A DNA stretch of 47,468 nucleotides from Clostridiales bacterium UBA1248 (GCA_002308615.1 DBWC01000047.1:1-47468), one strand, 5' to 3'; positions 16,727 through 26,424 are shown, counted from the first letter of the stretch. Notes: a model not told the origin generated them from the letters alone. Numbers and translations: made by a program.

Positions 16727-18814
16727 ATGGAACGCATAACCGATTATTTCGGAAGTCTCGTTTTTAACGATACGGTGATGAAAGCGAGACTGTCGCCGGA
16801 GGTCTACGGTTCTCTCAAAAAAACGATAGAGGAAGGCTCGGCGCTCGACAACAACGTCGCTTCCGCGGTCGCGGAGGCGATGAAGGACTGGGCGACGGAG
16901 CACGGCGCAACGCATTTTACCCACTGGTTCCAGCCGCTTACGGGCATCACGGCTGAAAAGCACGACAGCTTTATATCGAATACGGACGAAGGCGTGATAC
17001 TTGAATTCTCCGGCAAGGAGCTTATAAAAGGCGAGCCTGACGCTTCGTCTTTCCCTTCCGGCGGTCTCCGCGCGACTTTTGAGGCGAGGGGCTATACCGC
17101 GTGGGATCCGACGTCGTACGCTTTCATAAAAGGAAAAACGCTGTGCATCCCCACGGCTTTCTGCTCATACGGCGGAGAGGCGCTTGACAAAAAAACGCCG
17201 CTTCTGCGTTCCATGGAGGCGATAAGCAGACAGGCTCTCAGAATAGTTCGTCTTTTCGGCAACACGGATGCGAAGCACGTGGATACGTGCGTCGGCGCGG
17301 AGCAGGAATATTTTCTTATAGATAAAAAAATACACGGTCAGAGAAAAGACCTCGTTTTCACGGGCAGGACGCTTTTCGGCGCGAAGCCGCCGAAAGGCCA
17401 GGAGCTTGACGACCACTATTTCGGCTCTATCAAGCCGCGCGTCGCGGAATTCATGGAGGATCTTGACAAAGAGCTCTGGCGCGTCGGCATACTTGCGAAA
17501 ACAGAGCATAACGAGGCGGCTCCGGCTCAGCACGAGCTTGCGCCGATATATACGACGACCAATATAGCGACGGACCACAACCAGCTCACTATGGAGCTGA
17601 TGCAGAAGGTCGCGGCGCGCCACGGGCTCGTATGCCTTCTGCACGAAAAGCCGTTCGCCGGCGTCAACGGCTCCGGCAAGCACAACAACTGGTCGCTCAG
17701 GACGGACAACGGCGTCAATCTGCTCAAACCCGGCGACACGCCGTACGAGAACGCGCAGTTTTTGCTGTTCCTGTGCGCCGTGATAAAAGCCGTTGACGAA
17801 TACGCGGATCTGCTCCGCATCTCGTCAGCAACGGCGGGCAACGACCACCGTCTCGGCGCAAACGAGGCGCCGCCCGCCATCGTATCCATGTTTTTGGGAT
17901 CGGAGCTCACGAACGTGCTCTGCGCCATTGAAAACGACACGCCATACAGCAAGACGGAGCGTATGGAAATGCTCTTCGGCGTTGATTCTCTGCCGAAATT
18001 CTTACGCGATACGACGGACAGAAACAGAACGTCGCCTTTCGCTTTTACCGGAAACAAATTTGAATTCCGTATGCTCGGCGCTCCGAGCAGCATAGCGGAT
18101 ACTAACGTCATGCTGAACGCCGCGGTCGCGGACGTGCTTTGCGGTTTTGCCGACAGACTTGAAAACTGTTCTGACTTCGATACGGAGCTTCACGAGCTGC
18201 TGAAAGAAACGATAAAAGACCATAAGCGCATACTCTTTGACGGCAACGGCTACGGCGACGAATGGGTAAAGGAAGCGGAAAAACGCGGTCTGCCGAATTT
18301 TAAAACGACGCCCGACTGCATGATACATCTGCTTGACGAAAAGAACGCGGATATGTTCGCGCGCACGGGCGTTTTCTCCGCCGCGGAGCTTAAGTCAAGA
18401 TGCGACATAATGCTCGACAACTATATGAAAACCGTCGGTATAGAGGCGGCAACGATGGCGGATATGAGCAGAAGACAGATCATGCCCGCGGTATCGGCGT
18501 ATTCCGCGGAGCTTGTGTCAAGGCTTGACAAAAAAACGGCGTCTTACAGAATAACGGCGAAATACGAGTTAAAGACGGCAAAAAGGCTGTCCGAGCTTCT
18601 CGATATAATGGCTGAAAAGACGGACGAGCTTGAGCAGACCATTGACAAAATAAAGGATATAGAGGACGTTGCCGAACACAGTTACGCCATAAGAGACCGC
18701 CTGCTGCCCGTTATGGAGGCGCTGCGCGCCGCCGCGGACGAGGCGGAAACGCTCACCGCCGAGGAATACTGGCCGTTCCCGACGTACGAAAAGCTTCTTT
18801 TCAGCGTGAATTAA
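16727..18814 (+). CDS. glnN: Glutamine synthetase type III
   Basis: 695 aa. The N-terminus [24 protein letters not shown] and the overall length are characteristic of GS type III. The catalytic-domain motif is [11 protein letters not shown]. Confidence 0.95.
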   Translation: MERITDYFGSLVFNDTVMKARLSPEVYGSLKKTIEEGSALDNNVASAVAEAMKDWATEHGATHFTHWFQPLTGITAEKHDSFISNTDEGVILEFSGKELIKGEPDASSFPSGGLRATFEARGYTAWDPTSYAFIKGKTLCIPTAFCSYGGEALDKKTPLLRSMEAISRQALRIVRLFGNTDAKHVDTCVGAEQEYFLIDKKIHGQRKDLVFTGRTLFGAKPPKGQELDDHYFGSIKPRVAEFMEDLDKELWRVGILAKTEHNEAAPAQHELAPIYTTTNIATDHNQLTMELMQKVAARHGLVCLLHEKPFAGVNGSGKHNNWSLRTDNGVNLLKPGDTPYENAQFLLFLCAVIKAVDEYADLLRISSATAGNDHRLGANEAPPAIVSMFLGSELTNVLCAIENDTPYSKTERMEMLFGVDSLPKFLRDTTDRNRTSPFAFTGNKFEFRMLGAPSSIADTNVMLNAAVADVLCGFADRLENCSDFDTELHELLKETIKDHKRILFDGNGYGDEWVKEAEKRGLPNFKTTPDCMIHLLDEKNADMFARTGVFSAAELKSRCDIMLDNYMKTVGIEAATMADMSRRQIMPAVSAYSAELVSRLDKKTASYRITAKYELKTAKRLSELLDIMAEKTDELEQTIDKIKDIEDVAEHSYAIRDRLLPVMEALRAAADEAETLTAEEYWPFPTYEKLLFSVN

Positions 18815-18854
18815 AAAGAGGCTGCCGCCTCAATGAATTGCGCCGATATGCGAC

Positions 18855-18905
18855 AAAAACCGACTGAAATAAGGATAAACTTTCCTTATCTCAGCCGGTT
18901 TTTAT
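18855..18905. terminator. Bidirectional intrinsic terminator between convergent genes
   Basis: AAAAACCGACTGAAATAAGGA...TCCTTATCTCAGCCGGTTTTT: a long stem with two mismatches, with an A-run on one side and a T-run on the other. Confidence 0.6.
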
Positions 18906-18949
18906 TAACCGTCCTTTAGAGCGCCTCGCTTCCACGGAGCTTTTTTTGA

Positions 18950-19237
18950 TCATTCAACAGGTGTTTCGTCCGCCTCTTCGATCTTCTTTGCGACTTTCTT
19001 CGCGGTGCCGGTCACGGCTTTTCCGAACGAAATGCCGGTCTTGCCGAAGTCGTGTCCGACCTCGCTCCAGCTTTCCTTCAGGCTTTCTCTTTTTACGCTG
19101 CCGTCCTCGTCCTTCGGCTCCTCGTCAAATATCTTGTCAGCGCCGACCTTTACCGATTTTACTATAGACTTGCCGAGTCCGGAAAACGATTTTCCCAGGC
19201 CCTTGCCCGTATTTTTCCAGTTATCCTTTACGCTCAT
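18950..19237 (-). CDS. Small hydrophilic protein with an internal duplication (95 aa)
   Basis: AAAGGAG RBS. Two ~35-aa repeats: NWKNTGKGLGKSFSGLGKSIVKSVKVGADKIFDEE and SWSEVGHDFGKTGISFGKAVTGTAKKVAKKIEEAD. No family recognised. Confidence 0.7.
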   Translation of the reverse strand: MSVKDNWKNTGKGLGKSFSGLGKSIVKSVKVGADKIFDEEPKDEDGSVKRESLKESWSEVGHDFGKTGISFGKAVTGTAKKVAKKIEEADETPVE

Positions 19238-19345
19238 TTTCGCTGTCTCCTTTCGTTTCTTTTGTTCTTATCCGTCATTATTATACCCGGATAATGTTAA
19301 TAAATCAAGTACCCGAATATCTTTTAATAAATTTTAATATTTCTC

Positions 19346-19374
19346 TTGCATTTTTTCATTTTGTGTGATAAGAT
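19346..19374 (+). promoter_or_regulatory. sigma70-type promoter (extended -10) of the 872-aa gene
   Basis: TTGCAT (19346-19351), 17 nt, TGATAAGAT (TG at 19366-19367, -10 at 19369-19374). AAGGAG RBS before the ATG at 19426. Confidence 0.5.
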
Positions 19375-19425
19375 ATAAAATAAGATAGTATGCACAAGTG
19401 ATATTACCGAAAAGGAGAACATAAA

Positions 19426-22044
19426 ATGAGCCTTCATCAGATAATACATACCTACCGCAAAAGCGGTCTGTACGGAGGCGGAGCGGGTTTCGGCATCCTG
19501 AGCTCCGATCGTGATTACCCAAAGCAGGACGATTTCGGAGAATTACTGTATAACTACAAAGCGCCGACGCTCGATATGGTCAATCCGGAATACTCGGAGC
19601 GTATAGCCGCGCTCATGCCCGTGGCGTACACTTACAGATATAAAGGCGGCTCGTGCGCGATGACGCGCTCCGCGTGTCTCGGCCGCGGATCAGACGGCGC
19701 GATGAACCATATAAGCCATTCCATACTTTTTTCCGAAGACGAGCTCGGCGCGTATCCGTGCGATCTTATCGGTTCCCCGTCGTTTCTTCAGACGGCGTCA
19801 GCCGACGCCGTAAATTCTACAGCCGGCGTGGGATATATGGGGGCTCCCGTTTTACAGTCCGGCAGCGAGATAACCGTCAATAAAATAATGAAATTCCTTT
19901 CTCTGCCCGGTAACTTTGAGATATTCAAAAATATGTTCTGGGCGCTTATGCACAAGGACGAGACGAAGCGCAGGATAATAATCTGCGACGAGCAGGAGAA
20001 CACCGTTTTATGGATAGCGGCGCTGAACTACGCGCTTCCTTATACGTACGCTAAAAAAGTATCTTTCTCAACTTACGCCTACGATCCCCGCACCGCCGAC
20101 GTCGACGTCTGCGGCGTCGTCGCGCAGTGCACGGCGTATAACAGAGACCTTTTTGAAGACGACGGGTTCTTCGTATTCGACATCACCGGCGGCGAGTGCT
20201 TCGACCCCGGCGTATACCGTGAAGACGTTGATTTCTTCTCGTTTTTGGAAGAGACGATGCTCCACAATTACGCGCTCCTTAAAATATTCCACGCGTATAT
20301 AGAGCAGTTCTGCGATACGGACAAGGTCACGCCAGCGCTTTGCCCGGCGTATCTTATGAGCCGCGCCTCCAACTGCTATACGGACGCGGGCGACGCGTTC
20401 AAAGCCGTATCGGAAGACGAATTCGACCGCATAGCGGAATACTCCGGCAGACACGCGCGTTACGGCGGAAAACTGCTTTTGTTCGAGGCAATGCTGAACG
20501 TAAGCGAGGCGATCCTCGGCTTCGGAAACTCGTATATGACGAAGGTCATAGGCTATATGTCTGCCGTTTATAAAGACGCCTCCATGGTGCTTCAGAACGG
20601 ATTCAGATCTTTGGCGGTCGATTCCGTACCGATAGCGATGATATCGCGCGACATAACGTCCGGCGGCTTCAGCGCGTATTTTGAAAACGTACGCAAGATG
20701 ACGGCGTTCTGCGGCATAAACATAGTGGACGAGCTGATGAGCGAAAAGAGCCGCAAGGCGCTTTTGTGGGTAGCCGGCTATCAGCACGTAGAATGGAAAG
20801 CGGACTTCATAGTATCGCTCATATCCGAATATATACACAGCCACGCGTCAAGCTACGAGTGTCTTGTACCGGAGGAAAAGATCGGCGGCTTTTTGTCGAG
20901 CGTTATGCTTGAAAGATACGCCTGCGGTACGGACAAGGCGGCGTCCGATCACGCGCTTTCCTTATTCGTCGACGACGTGAAACGCTTCTGCACGGTTGAA
21001 GAAAATCTCGAAGCTACGACGGACAGGATGAAAGACGGGCTTGCCGTGCAGGTCAACCTGACGACCGCTTTTGCGGAGCAGGCGGCGGCTCACTTAAAGG
21101 AACGCCGCAAGGAGCTTTTCAACTTCCTTGCCGCCGCGGAAAAATACGATCTGATGTGGTCCGTTCTGCGCCAGATGATAACGACTTACGACATAAAAGA
21201 GACAAATCAGATCCTCTCCGAGCATCATACGGAATACTTTTCGGCGTCGCCGGACTACGCGCAGCGTTATCTGCCCGCGGCTCTTGAAGAATATCATGAA
21301 AACTACAAACGCAAAAAGCCCGACGGCATAAAAGAAGCGGACGAGCTTGTTTTCGGCATACTGCTTTCGGAAAAGCTCGTAATAAGCATATCGGACGAGG
21401 TCACGGAAGGGATCCTTTCAAGGATCAAATACGGCAAGCCGAATAAAGACGCGGAAAAAGAGATAAACGACCTTTACGAATACGAATGCGGCGTTCGCGG
21501 CAAGGAACTGAACGGCAAGCTGCTTTGCATCGTCTTCGGAGCCGCCGCGGCGGGCATAAACAACCGCAAGGACTACCACAGCGCGAAGCCGTACCTGTCC
21601 TCGCTCACGGAAAAAGAACAGATAGATCTTACGCGCCTTACCGAACGCGAGGCTGAAACGTATCAGTCATGGGTGCTTCCGATGTTTTCGGAAAACGCGG
21701 AGGCGGAGGAGATCCCGTATATCTACGGTCTTTTCAGAATGAACGTCGCCCAGTCAAAGGAATTTACGGATTGCTTCTGCGAGGAATGGCTGTCGCAGAG
21801 CAAACGGTCAAGCGAGTATTCCGATTTCTGCACGTTTTTGAGCTTCGTGTTCACGACGCTCGGCGAAGAGGAGCTCCAGGTCGTATCCGACAAAGTGCAT
21901 AAGCTGAATTCAAAGAAGCTGGAGCAGCTGAAGCTCGATGCGGAAACGGCGTTTTCCAAAGATTTTGCGCTGAAAGAGAAATTCAACAGGCTGCTTGAGA
22001 TGCAGCCTAAAAAGAAAGGCTTATTCGGACTGTTCAGAAAATGA
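19426..22044 (+). CDS. Large orphan protein (872 aa), function unknown
   Basis: Long clean ORF with an RBS, and its codon usage resembles the neighbouring genes. No P-loop or other catalytic motif was recognised. The C-terminal tail is KKKGLFGLFRK. Confidence 0.85.
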   Translation: MSLHQIIHTYRKSGLYGGGAGFGILSSDRDYPKQDDFGELLYNYKAPTLDMVNPEYSERIAALMPVAYTYRYKGGSCAMTRSACLGRGSDGAMNHISHSILFSEDELGAYPCDLIGSPSFLQTASADAVNSTAGVGYMGAPVLQSGSEITVNKIMKFLSLPGNFEIFKNMFWALMHKDETKRRIIICDEQENTVLWIAALNYALPYTYAKKVSFSTYAYDPRTADVDVCGVVAQCTAYNRDLFEDDGFFVFDITGGECFDPGVYREDVDFFSFLEETMLHNYALLKIFHAYIEQFCDTDKVTPALCPAYLMSRASNCYTDAGDAFKAVSEDEFDRIAEYSGRHARYGGKLLLFEAMLNVSEAILGFGNSYMTKVIGYMSAVYKDASMVLQNGFRSLAVDSVPIAMISRDITSGGFSAYFENVRKMTAFCGINIVDELMSEKSRKALLWVAGYQHVEWKADFIVSLISEYIHSHASSYECLVPEEKIGGFLSSVMLERYACGTDKAASDHALSLFVDDVKRFCTVEENLEATTDRMKDGLAVQVNLTTAFAEQAAAHLKERRKELFNFLAAAEKYDLMWSVLRQMITTYDIKETNQILSEHHTEYFSASPDYAQRYLPAALEEYHENYKRKKPDGIKEADELVFGILLSEKLVISISDEVTEGILSRIKYGKPNKDAEKEINDLYEYECGVRGKELNGKLLCIVFGAAAAGINNRKDYHSAKPYLSSLTEKEQIDLTRLTEREAETYQSWVLPMFSENAEAEEIPYIYGLFRMNVAQSKEFTDCFCEEWLSQSKRSSEYSDFCTFLSFVFTTLGEEELQVVSDKVHKLNSKKLEQLKLDAETAFSKDFALKEKFNRLLEMQPKKKGLFGLFRK

Positions 22045-22063
22045 TCTTCATAAAGAGAAAAAG

Positions 22064-22428
22064 GGCTGCCGCATTCGGCGCGGCGTGATAAGGAAGTTTT
22101 TTGAATGATTATTTCCGCGCCGAAAATGAAGTCGCCCATCGGGCTAATGAAGACGCTTCGCTAATGAAGGAATGAAGTCGCTCACTACGTTCGCTAATTA
22201 AGGAACGAGGGCGACTTCGCTTCATTAGTGAGCGCCGTGGTGCGAACGTCTTCATTAGGGCGTCAGCCCGTCTTCATTAGTGAGCGAAGCGATCGTCTTC
22301 ATTAAACCGACTGAATATGAAAAGCAGACTGATTTTAATTTCAGCCTGCTTTTTAAGTGCTCACTTACTCACCACACGGACTTGCGGTGAAATAACTGCC
22401 TTATGACGCCGCGCCGAATGCGGCAGCC
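22064..22428. repeat. 365-bp intergenic element bounded by a 30-bp inverted repeat (29/30)
   Basis: GGCTGCCGCATTCGGCGCGGCGTGATAAGG (22064-22093) versus the revcomp of 22399-22428, GGCTGCCGCATTCGGCGCGGCGTCATAAGG. It encloses a palindromic TAATGAAG box array and a terminator. Confidence 0.6.
22321..22355. terminator. Bidirectional intrinsic terminator inside the inverted-repeat element
   Basis: AAAGCAGACTGA-ttttaat-TTCAGCCTGCTTTTT. Confidence 0.55.
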
Positions 22429-22447
22429 GTTTTGCGTTATGCTTTTA

Positions 22448-22885
22448 TCAGTCCTCGTCCGTCGGACCCTCGTCCTCTTCTATGTAGGAAAACTCTTCGT
22501 TGCACGCCGGGCAGATGAGGTGCGCGTAGTCGACCGTCGGAGGAACGCATATGGTCTCTCCGCAGTTGGGACATTCGACTTCTATAACGTCGTCGTCATA
22601 GTCTTCGTCGTCAAAGTCGTCATAATCTTCATCTTCGTCGTCTTCTTCGTCATAGTCCTCTTCATCGTCAAAGAGATAATCCTCAACGTCGCCGAGGTCC
22701 TCGTCCAGCTCTTCAACGTATTCGTTCAAGCGGTCGCATTCATCCTCAAGAGCTCCGATACTGTCGGAAACGTCCTCAAGCACGTTTATTATCTCGTGCA
22801 AAAGCTTGCCTTCATCGCTTTCGGCGCTTATTTTCATTCCGTCGGCAAGTCCTTTAAGATACGCTGTTTTTTCGCTCAAAGTCAT
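22448..22885 (-). CDS. Acidic protein with C-terminal zinc ribbon (conserved efp-downstream gene of Clostridia)
   Basis: 145 aa with an N-terminal helical domain, a long D/E/Y-rich tract, then CPNCG...CPACN. Confidence 0.85.
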   Translation of the reverse strand: MTLSEKTAYLKGLADGMKISAESDEGKLLHEIINVLEDVSDSIGALEDECDRLNEYVEELDEDLGDVEDYLFDDEEDYDEEDDEDEDYDDFDDEDYDDDVIEVECPNCGETICVPPTVDYAHLICPACNEEFSYIEEDEGPTDED

Positions 22886-22914
22886 GGTGTTTTCCTCCGT
22901 TTCACTAAATCAGC

Positions 22915-23481
22915 TTACTGCTGTTTTGCTCTTTCAAGATATTCGCCGGTCCTCGTGTCTATTCTGACGACGTCGCCTTCGTTTATAAAGAGCGGTACCT
23001 TGATGACCGCGCCCGTTTCAAGCGTGGCGGGTTTGTTGGTATTGGTAGCCGTATCGCCCTTGAAGCCGGGGTCCGTCTCCGTTACGGCAAGCTCAACAAA
23101 CATAGGCGGTTCTACCGCGAATACGTTGCCCTTGTACGATACGATCCTGCATATCATCTCTTCTTTTACGAACTTGAAGTTGTCGGACAGCTTATCCGCG
23201 TCAAGCGGTACGAGCTCGTACGATTCAAGATCCATAAAATAATACAGACCGCCGTCGTTGTACGAATACTGCATGTCTTTTCTCTCGACAACAGCTTCTT
23301 CAAATTTATCTGTCGGTGAGAAGGAACGCTCTATCACGGCGCCCGTGATAACGTTTTTCATCTTTGTGCGGACGAACGCCGCGCCCTTGCCGGGTTTTAC
23401 GTGCTGGAATTCAACTATCTGCATGACCTGTCCGTCAAGCTCGAATGTTTTTCCGTTTCTGAAATCGCCTGCCATTAACAT
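22915..23481 (-). CDS. efp: Elongation factor P
   Basis: [13 protein letters not shown]...[21 protein letters not shown], 188 aa, GGAGG RBS. Confidence 0.97.
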   Translation of the reverse strand: MLMAGDFRNGKTFELDGQVMQIVEFQHVKPGKGAAFVRTKMKNVITGAVIERSFSPTDKFEEAVVERKDMQYSYNDGGLYYFMDLESYELVPLDADKLSDNFKFVKEEMICRIVSYKGNVFAVEPPMFVELAVTETDPGFKGDTATNTNKPATLETGAVIKVPLFINEGDVVRIDTRTGEYLERAKQQ

Positions 23482-23522
23482 AATGGTATCCTCCGTTATA
23501 ATTCTCTTTTTTGCCGATTAAT

Positions 23523-23552
23523 ATAATACACCCTAATATCAGTGCTTGTCAA
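23523..23552 (-). promoter_or_regulatory. Possible sigma70-type promoter of efp
   Basis: Minus strand TTGACA (23547-23552), 18 nt, TATTAT (23523-23528). Confidence 0.45.
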
Positions 23553-23572
23553 TACAAAATCTGTAATATTTT

Positions 23573-24622
23573 TTAAATTTCAATAAGATTTTTGGGCGAT
23601 GCGGATATATCGCGGCATCCGTCGCTGTAATGAAGCACCATGTCCTCTATCCTGCAGCCGTATTTTCCGGCTATATAAATACCGGGTTCTACCGTGATGA
23701 CGTGTCCCTGAGTCAGCTTAACGTCGGGTCTGTAGCCGCTTACGCTCGGCATCTCGTGGATATACAATCCCACGCCGTGACCTAAGCTGTGTCCGAACGT
23801 GCCGGGATAGTCCTTGTCTATAATATCGCGGGCGATCTTGTCAAGTCCGGCGAGATCCGCTCCGGGAACTGCAGCTTCAAGCGCGGCTTCCTGCGCGGCT
23901 TTTACCGTGTAATACAGTTTTTTCATGTCGTCGTCGGCTTTGCCTACGACGACCGTACGCGTCATATCGGAGCAGTAACCCAGATATTTTGCGCCGAAGT
24001 CCATTGTGAGAAAGCCCTTCTGCACCTTTACGTCGCGCGGCACGCCGTGCGGCATGGAAGAAGCCGTGCCGGATACGGCTATGGTCTCAAACGCCACGCA
24101 GTCCGCGCCGTGAGTTCTCATATAAACCTCAAGCTCGAGCGCTACTTCTTTTTCCGTTCTGTCGGTAGAGATGAAGCCCAGGATGTGATCGAACGCCGCG
24201 TCCGCTATGCTCTGCGCTTTTGCTATATAATCGAGTTCGTCGTCGTCCTTGAATTCACGCAGCTTGTCCACCGCGTTGCCTATCGGGATAAATTCTATAT
24301 CCGCAAACTGCTCTTTGAAGCGCTGAAGCTCCGCCACGGTAACGCAAAGATCCTCAAATCCGACCTTTTTCACGCCGAGATCGGAGAACAGCTCTTTAAG
24401 CGCGCCGCCCTTGAGCAGGACTTTTACGGTCCCCTCGGACGCTTCCGCCGCCTCTATGTAGCGCGAATCCGTTATAAGATACGTCTCTTTCGGCGTTACG
24501 AACGCGTAGCCGTCCGTATAAGCGAACGCCGTTGCGTAATACTGGTTTACCTCGCTTGTAAGCAGTATGCCGTCGCACCCTTCCGGGATGACGCCTTTGA
24601 TCTTTTCAAACTTGCCTTTCAT
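23573..24622 (-). CDS. Xaa-Pro aminopeptidase / M24 family metallopeptidase
   Basis: Creatinase-like N-domain plus the M24 pita-bread motifs DFGAKYLGYCSDMTRT, HSLGHGVGLYIHE, EPGIY and RIED. Confidence 0.9.
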   Translation of the reverse strand: MKGKFEKIKGVIPEGCDGILLTSEVNQYYATAFAYTDGYAFVTPKETYLITDSRYIEAAEASEGTVKVLLKGGALKELFSDLGVKKVGFEDLCVTVAELQRFKEQFADIEFIPIGNAVDKLREFKDDDELDYIAKAQSIADAAFDHILGFISTDRTEKEVALELEVYMRTHGADCVAFETIAVSGTASSMPHGVPRDVKVQKGFLTMDFGAKYLGYCSDMTRTVVVGKADDDMKKLYYTVKAAQEAALEAAVPGADLAGLDKIARDIIDKDYPGTFGHSLGHGVGLYIHEMPSVSGYRPDVKLTQGHVITVEPGIYIAGKYGCRIEDMVLHYSDGCRDISASPKNLIEI

Positions 24623-24648
24623 ATATATCGTCCTTTTCTTTTTTTCTT

Positions 24649-24677
24649 ATTTTATCATAAACGAAAGAATTTGTCAA
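24649..24677 (-). promoter_or_regulatory. sigma70-type promoter of the M24 peptidase gene
   Basis: Minus strand TTGACA (24672-24677), 17 nt, TAAAAT (24649-24654). Confidence 0.5.
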
Positions 24678-24782
24678 TGGGGAGGAGGCAAAGAAGAACT
24701 AATAAAGAATAAAAATCGGTGTCCCTGCGGGACGAACCGTGCGGCGCACAGTTTGTCGCGCGGCGACTCATCTTCAAAAAAG

Positions 24783-24810
24783 AAAACCGCACATGGGGGA
24801 GTGCGGTTTT
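24783..24810 (-). terminator. Intrinsic terminator after the polytopic membrane protein gene
   Basis: AAAACCGCAC-8 nt-GTGCGGTTTT, followed on the minus strand by CTTTTTT. Confidence 0.65.
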
Positions 24811-24831
24811 CCCGGGTATTCCGGTCCGCTT

Positions 24832-26361
24832 TTAAAACGGCTCGGATTCTTTTTCGGCGACGTATCGCGGGTAATTGAAATGGATGACGTTGTATGCGTC
24901 CTTTCTGTTCGCTTTTTTCTCCATGATTATTTCGTTCGCCTTTTTGATCGTCGCCTCGTTTTCCTCGTCGCTTCTGTCTTTTACCGGATGCGTCAGCCTG
25001 ATTATATAAGGCACGGCGGAATCGGACAGTCCTTTCAGCTGCAGCATATCGATCTTTTCGGTCTTGCCGCTTATATACGCGTTCACGTTGTATTCCGCGA
25101 TCCTTGCGTCCACGTTGCAGAAGCATAAAACGCCGAACATCACGGCGAACACGGCGACGAGCGTACCGAAATAGTTGAATTTTGAAAAGATCTGCTTGAC
25201 TATTATGAAGATGAACGCGAAGGCGAGCAGTATCATGAACCAGCTTGTGAACAGGCGCAGTCTGCTCAGACCGTAAGCGTCTATATACATTATCATTTTT
25301 GACATCGCCACGGCTATCAGAAGCAGCGTGAAGCAGCACAGTACGACGGAGAAAATTTTAAGCGGGACGGTGGCTTTTCCGTCTTCCTTTTTCTTGGTGA
25401 ACACGGAAAAGATTACTATGACCGCCATATTTATCACCGCCACGGCGCAAAGCTCGAAGAAGCCCTGGCGCGCGTATTCCGCGTACGTCATGCCGTCCGG
25501 CAGATTTGCGGCAAAGCCGCCGAAATAATATTTTGCCTGTACCGATAAAAAGGCGACGTAAAGCAAACAAAGCGGGGTGACCGCCGCGTACGCGATCAGC
25601 CGCGGAATGACGGACACCGCGTTTTTAAACCGCGTATGCTGTTCCGGTGTGAGGACGTTTTGATGCTTTTGTTCGGCGTTTGACAGAAGCGAGCCGAAGA
25701 TCAGCATTGAAAGCGGTATGCCGGCGAAGAACCACAGTATCTCGTCAAATATGCCGTGCGACAGAAAATCAACAGCCGACGCCATAACGTTGTTGAATCC
25801 GACGTCAGCCGAGCAAAGCAGCAGCGCCACTACGACCGTGGGGACGACGGCGACGGCGAGACCGACAGCTATATGCCAACCGCGGAAACCGCTTTTCTTT
25901 TCCCTTTTTCCGGAGAACGCCGCGGGAAAAATACTTGCGACCGACGAAAACGGCATTATAAGCACGGATTTTATCATATCGAAAACGAACGTGTCGTCTA
26001 TAAATCCGCCTCTGCCGGAGCCGTGCGTGAAATACGGATAAAACGAGAGAGCGCCGAAAACGAAAACGGCTGTAAGCGCCTTTATAAATCCGTCGTCCGA
26101 CAGTAAAAACACCGACGAGAACGCCGTTACCGCCGCAAGGTACAGATAATGCGGCAGACGCTGGCGCGCGCCCTTGCACCTCAGATAAACGACGGTGGCG
26201 GCGACCGTCAGTATCACCGTGACGAAAGCGCCGAGCCCCGCGTCATTGAAGCTCCTCAATAAAAAATATCCCAAAATGAAGCAGACGAACGCAAACACGC
26301 GCTCCGGTACGCCGTACCTGCCTGTTTTTATTTCCTGCTCCGGTATAAACCCGATATCCAT
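24832..26361 (-). CDS. Polytopic membrane protein (DUF4153/DUF4173-like)
   Basis: 509 aa with more than 10 hydrophobic helices plus a soluble C-terminal tail. AAGGAG RBS. The family name is from memory only. Confidence 0.8.
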   Translation of the reverse strand: MDIGFIPEQEIKTGRYGVPERVFAFVCFILGYFLLRSFNDAGLGAFVTVILTVAATVVYLRCKGARQRLPHYLYLAAVTAFSSVFLLSDDGFIKALTAVFVFGALSFYPYFTHGSGRGGFIDDTFVFDMIKSVLIMPFSSVASIFPAAFSGKREKKSGFRGWHIAVGLAVAVVPTVVVALLLCSADVGFNNVMASAVDFLSHGIFDEILWFFAGIPLSMLIFGSLLSNAEQKHQNVLTPEQHTRFKNAVSVIPRLIAYAAVTPLCLLYVAFLSVQAKYYFGGFAANLPDGMTYAEYARQGFFELCAVAVINMAVIVIFSVFTKKKEDGKATVPLKIFSVVLCCFTLLLIAVAMSKMIMYIDAYGLSRLRLFTSWFMILLAFAFIFIIVKQIFSKFNYFGTLVAVFAVMFGVLCFCNVDARIAEYNVNAYISGKTEKIDMLQLKGLSDSAVPYIIRLTHPVKDRSDEENEATIKKANEIIMEKKANRKDAYNVIHFNYPRYVAEKESEPF

Positions 26362-26387
26362 GATATCTCTCCTTGAAATTTTTTCTT

Positions 26388-26416
26388 ATTATAACACGCA
26401 ATTTGTGATTTGTCAA
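26388..26416 (-). promoter_or_regulatory. Consensus sigma70 promoter of the membrane protein gene
   Basis: Minus strand TTGACA (26411-26416), 17 nt, TATAAT (26388-26393). Confidence 0.55.
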
Positions 26417-26424
26417 TACTATTT

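Noticed and set aside
20068-20844. Long antisense or alternate-frame track ORFs: 20068..20844, 23789..24712, 24674..25339, 41492..42307, 28236..28835, 22403..23242, 6143..6823, 34705..35355, 13272..13904, 36142..36693 and 36871..37341.
   Set aside because: Each lies inside or opposite a confidently identified gene. They have Arg/Val/Phe-rich, low-complexity composition and no RBS. Such ORFs are typical by-products of codon bias in GC-moderate Firmicutes genes.
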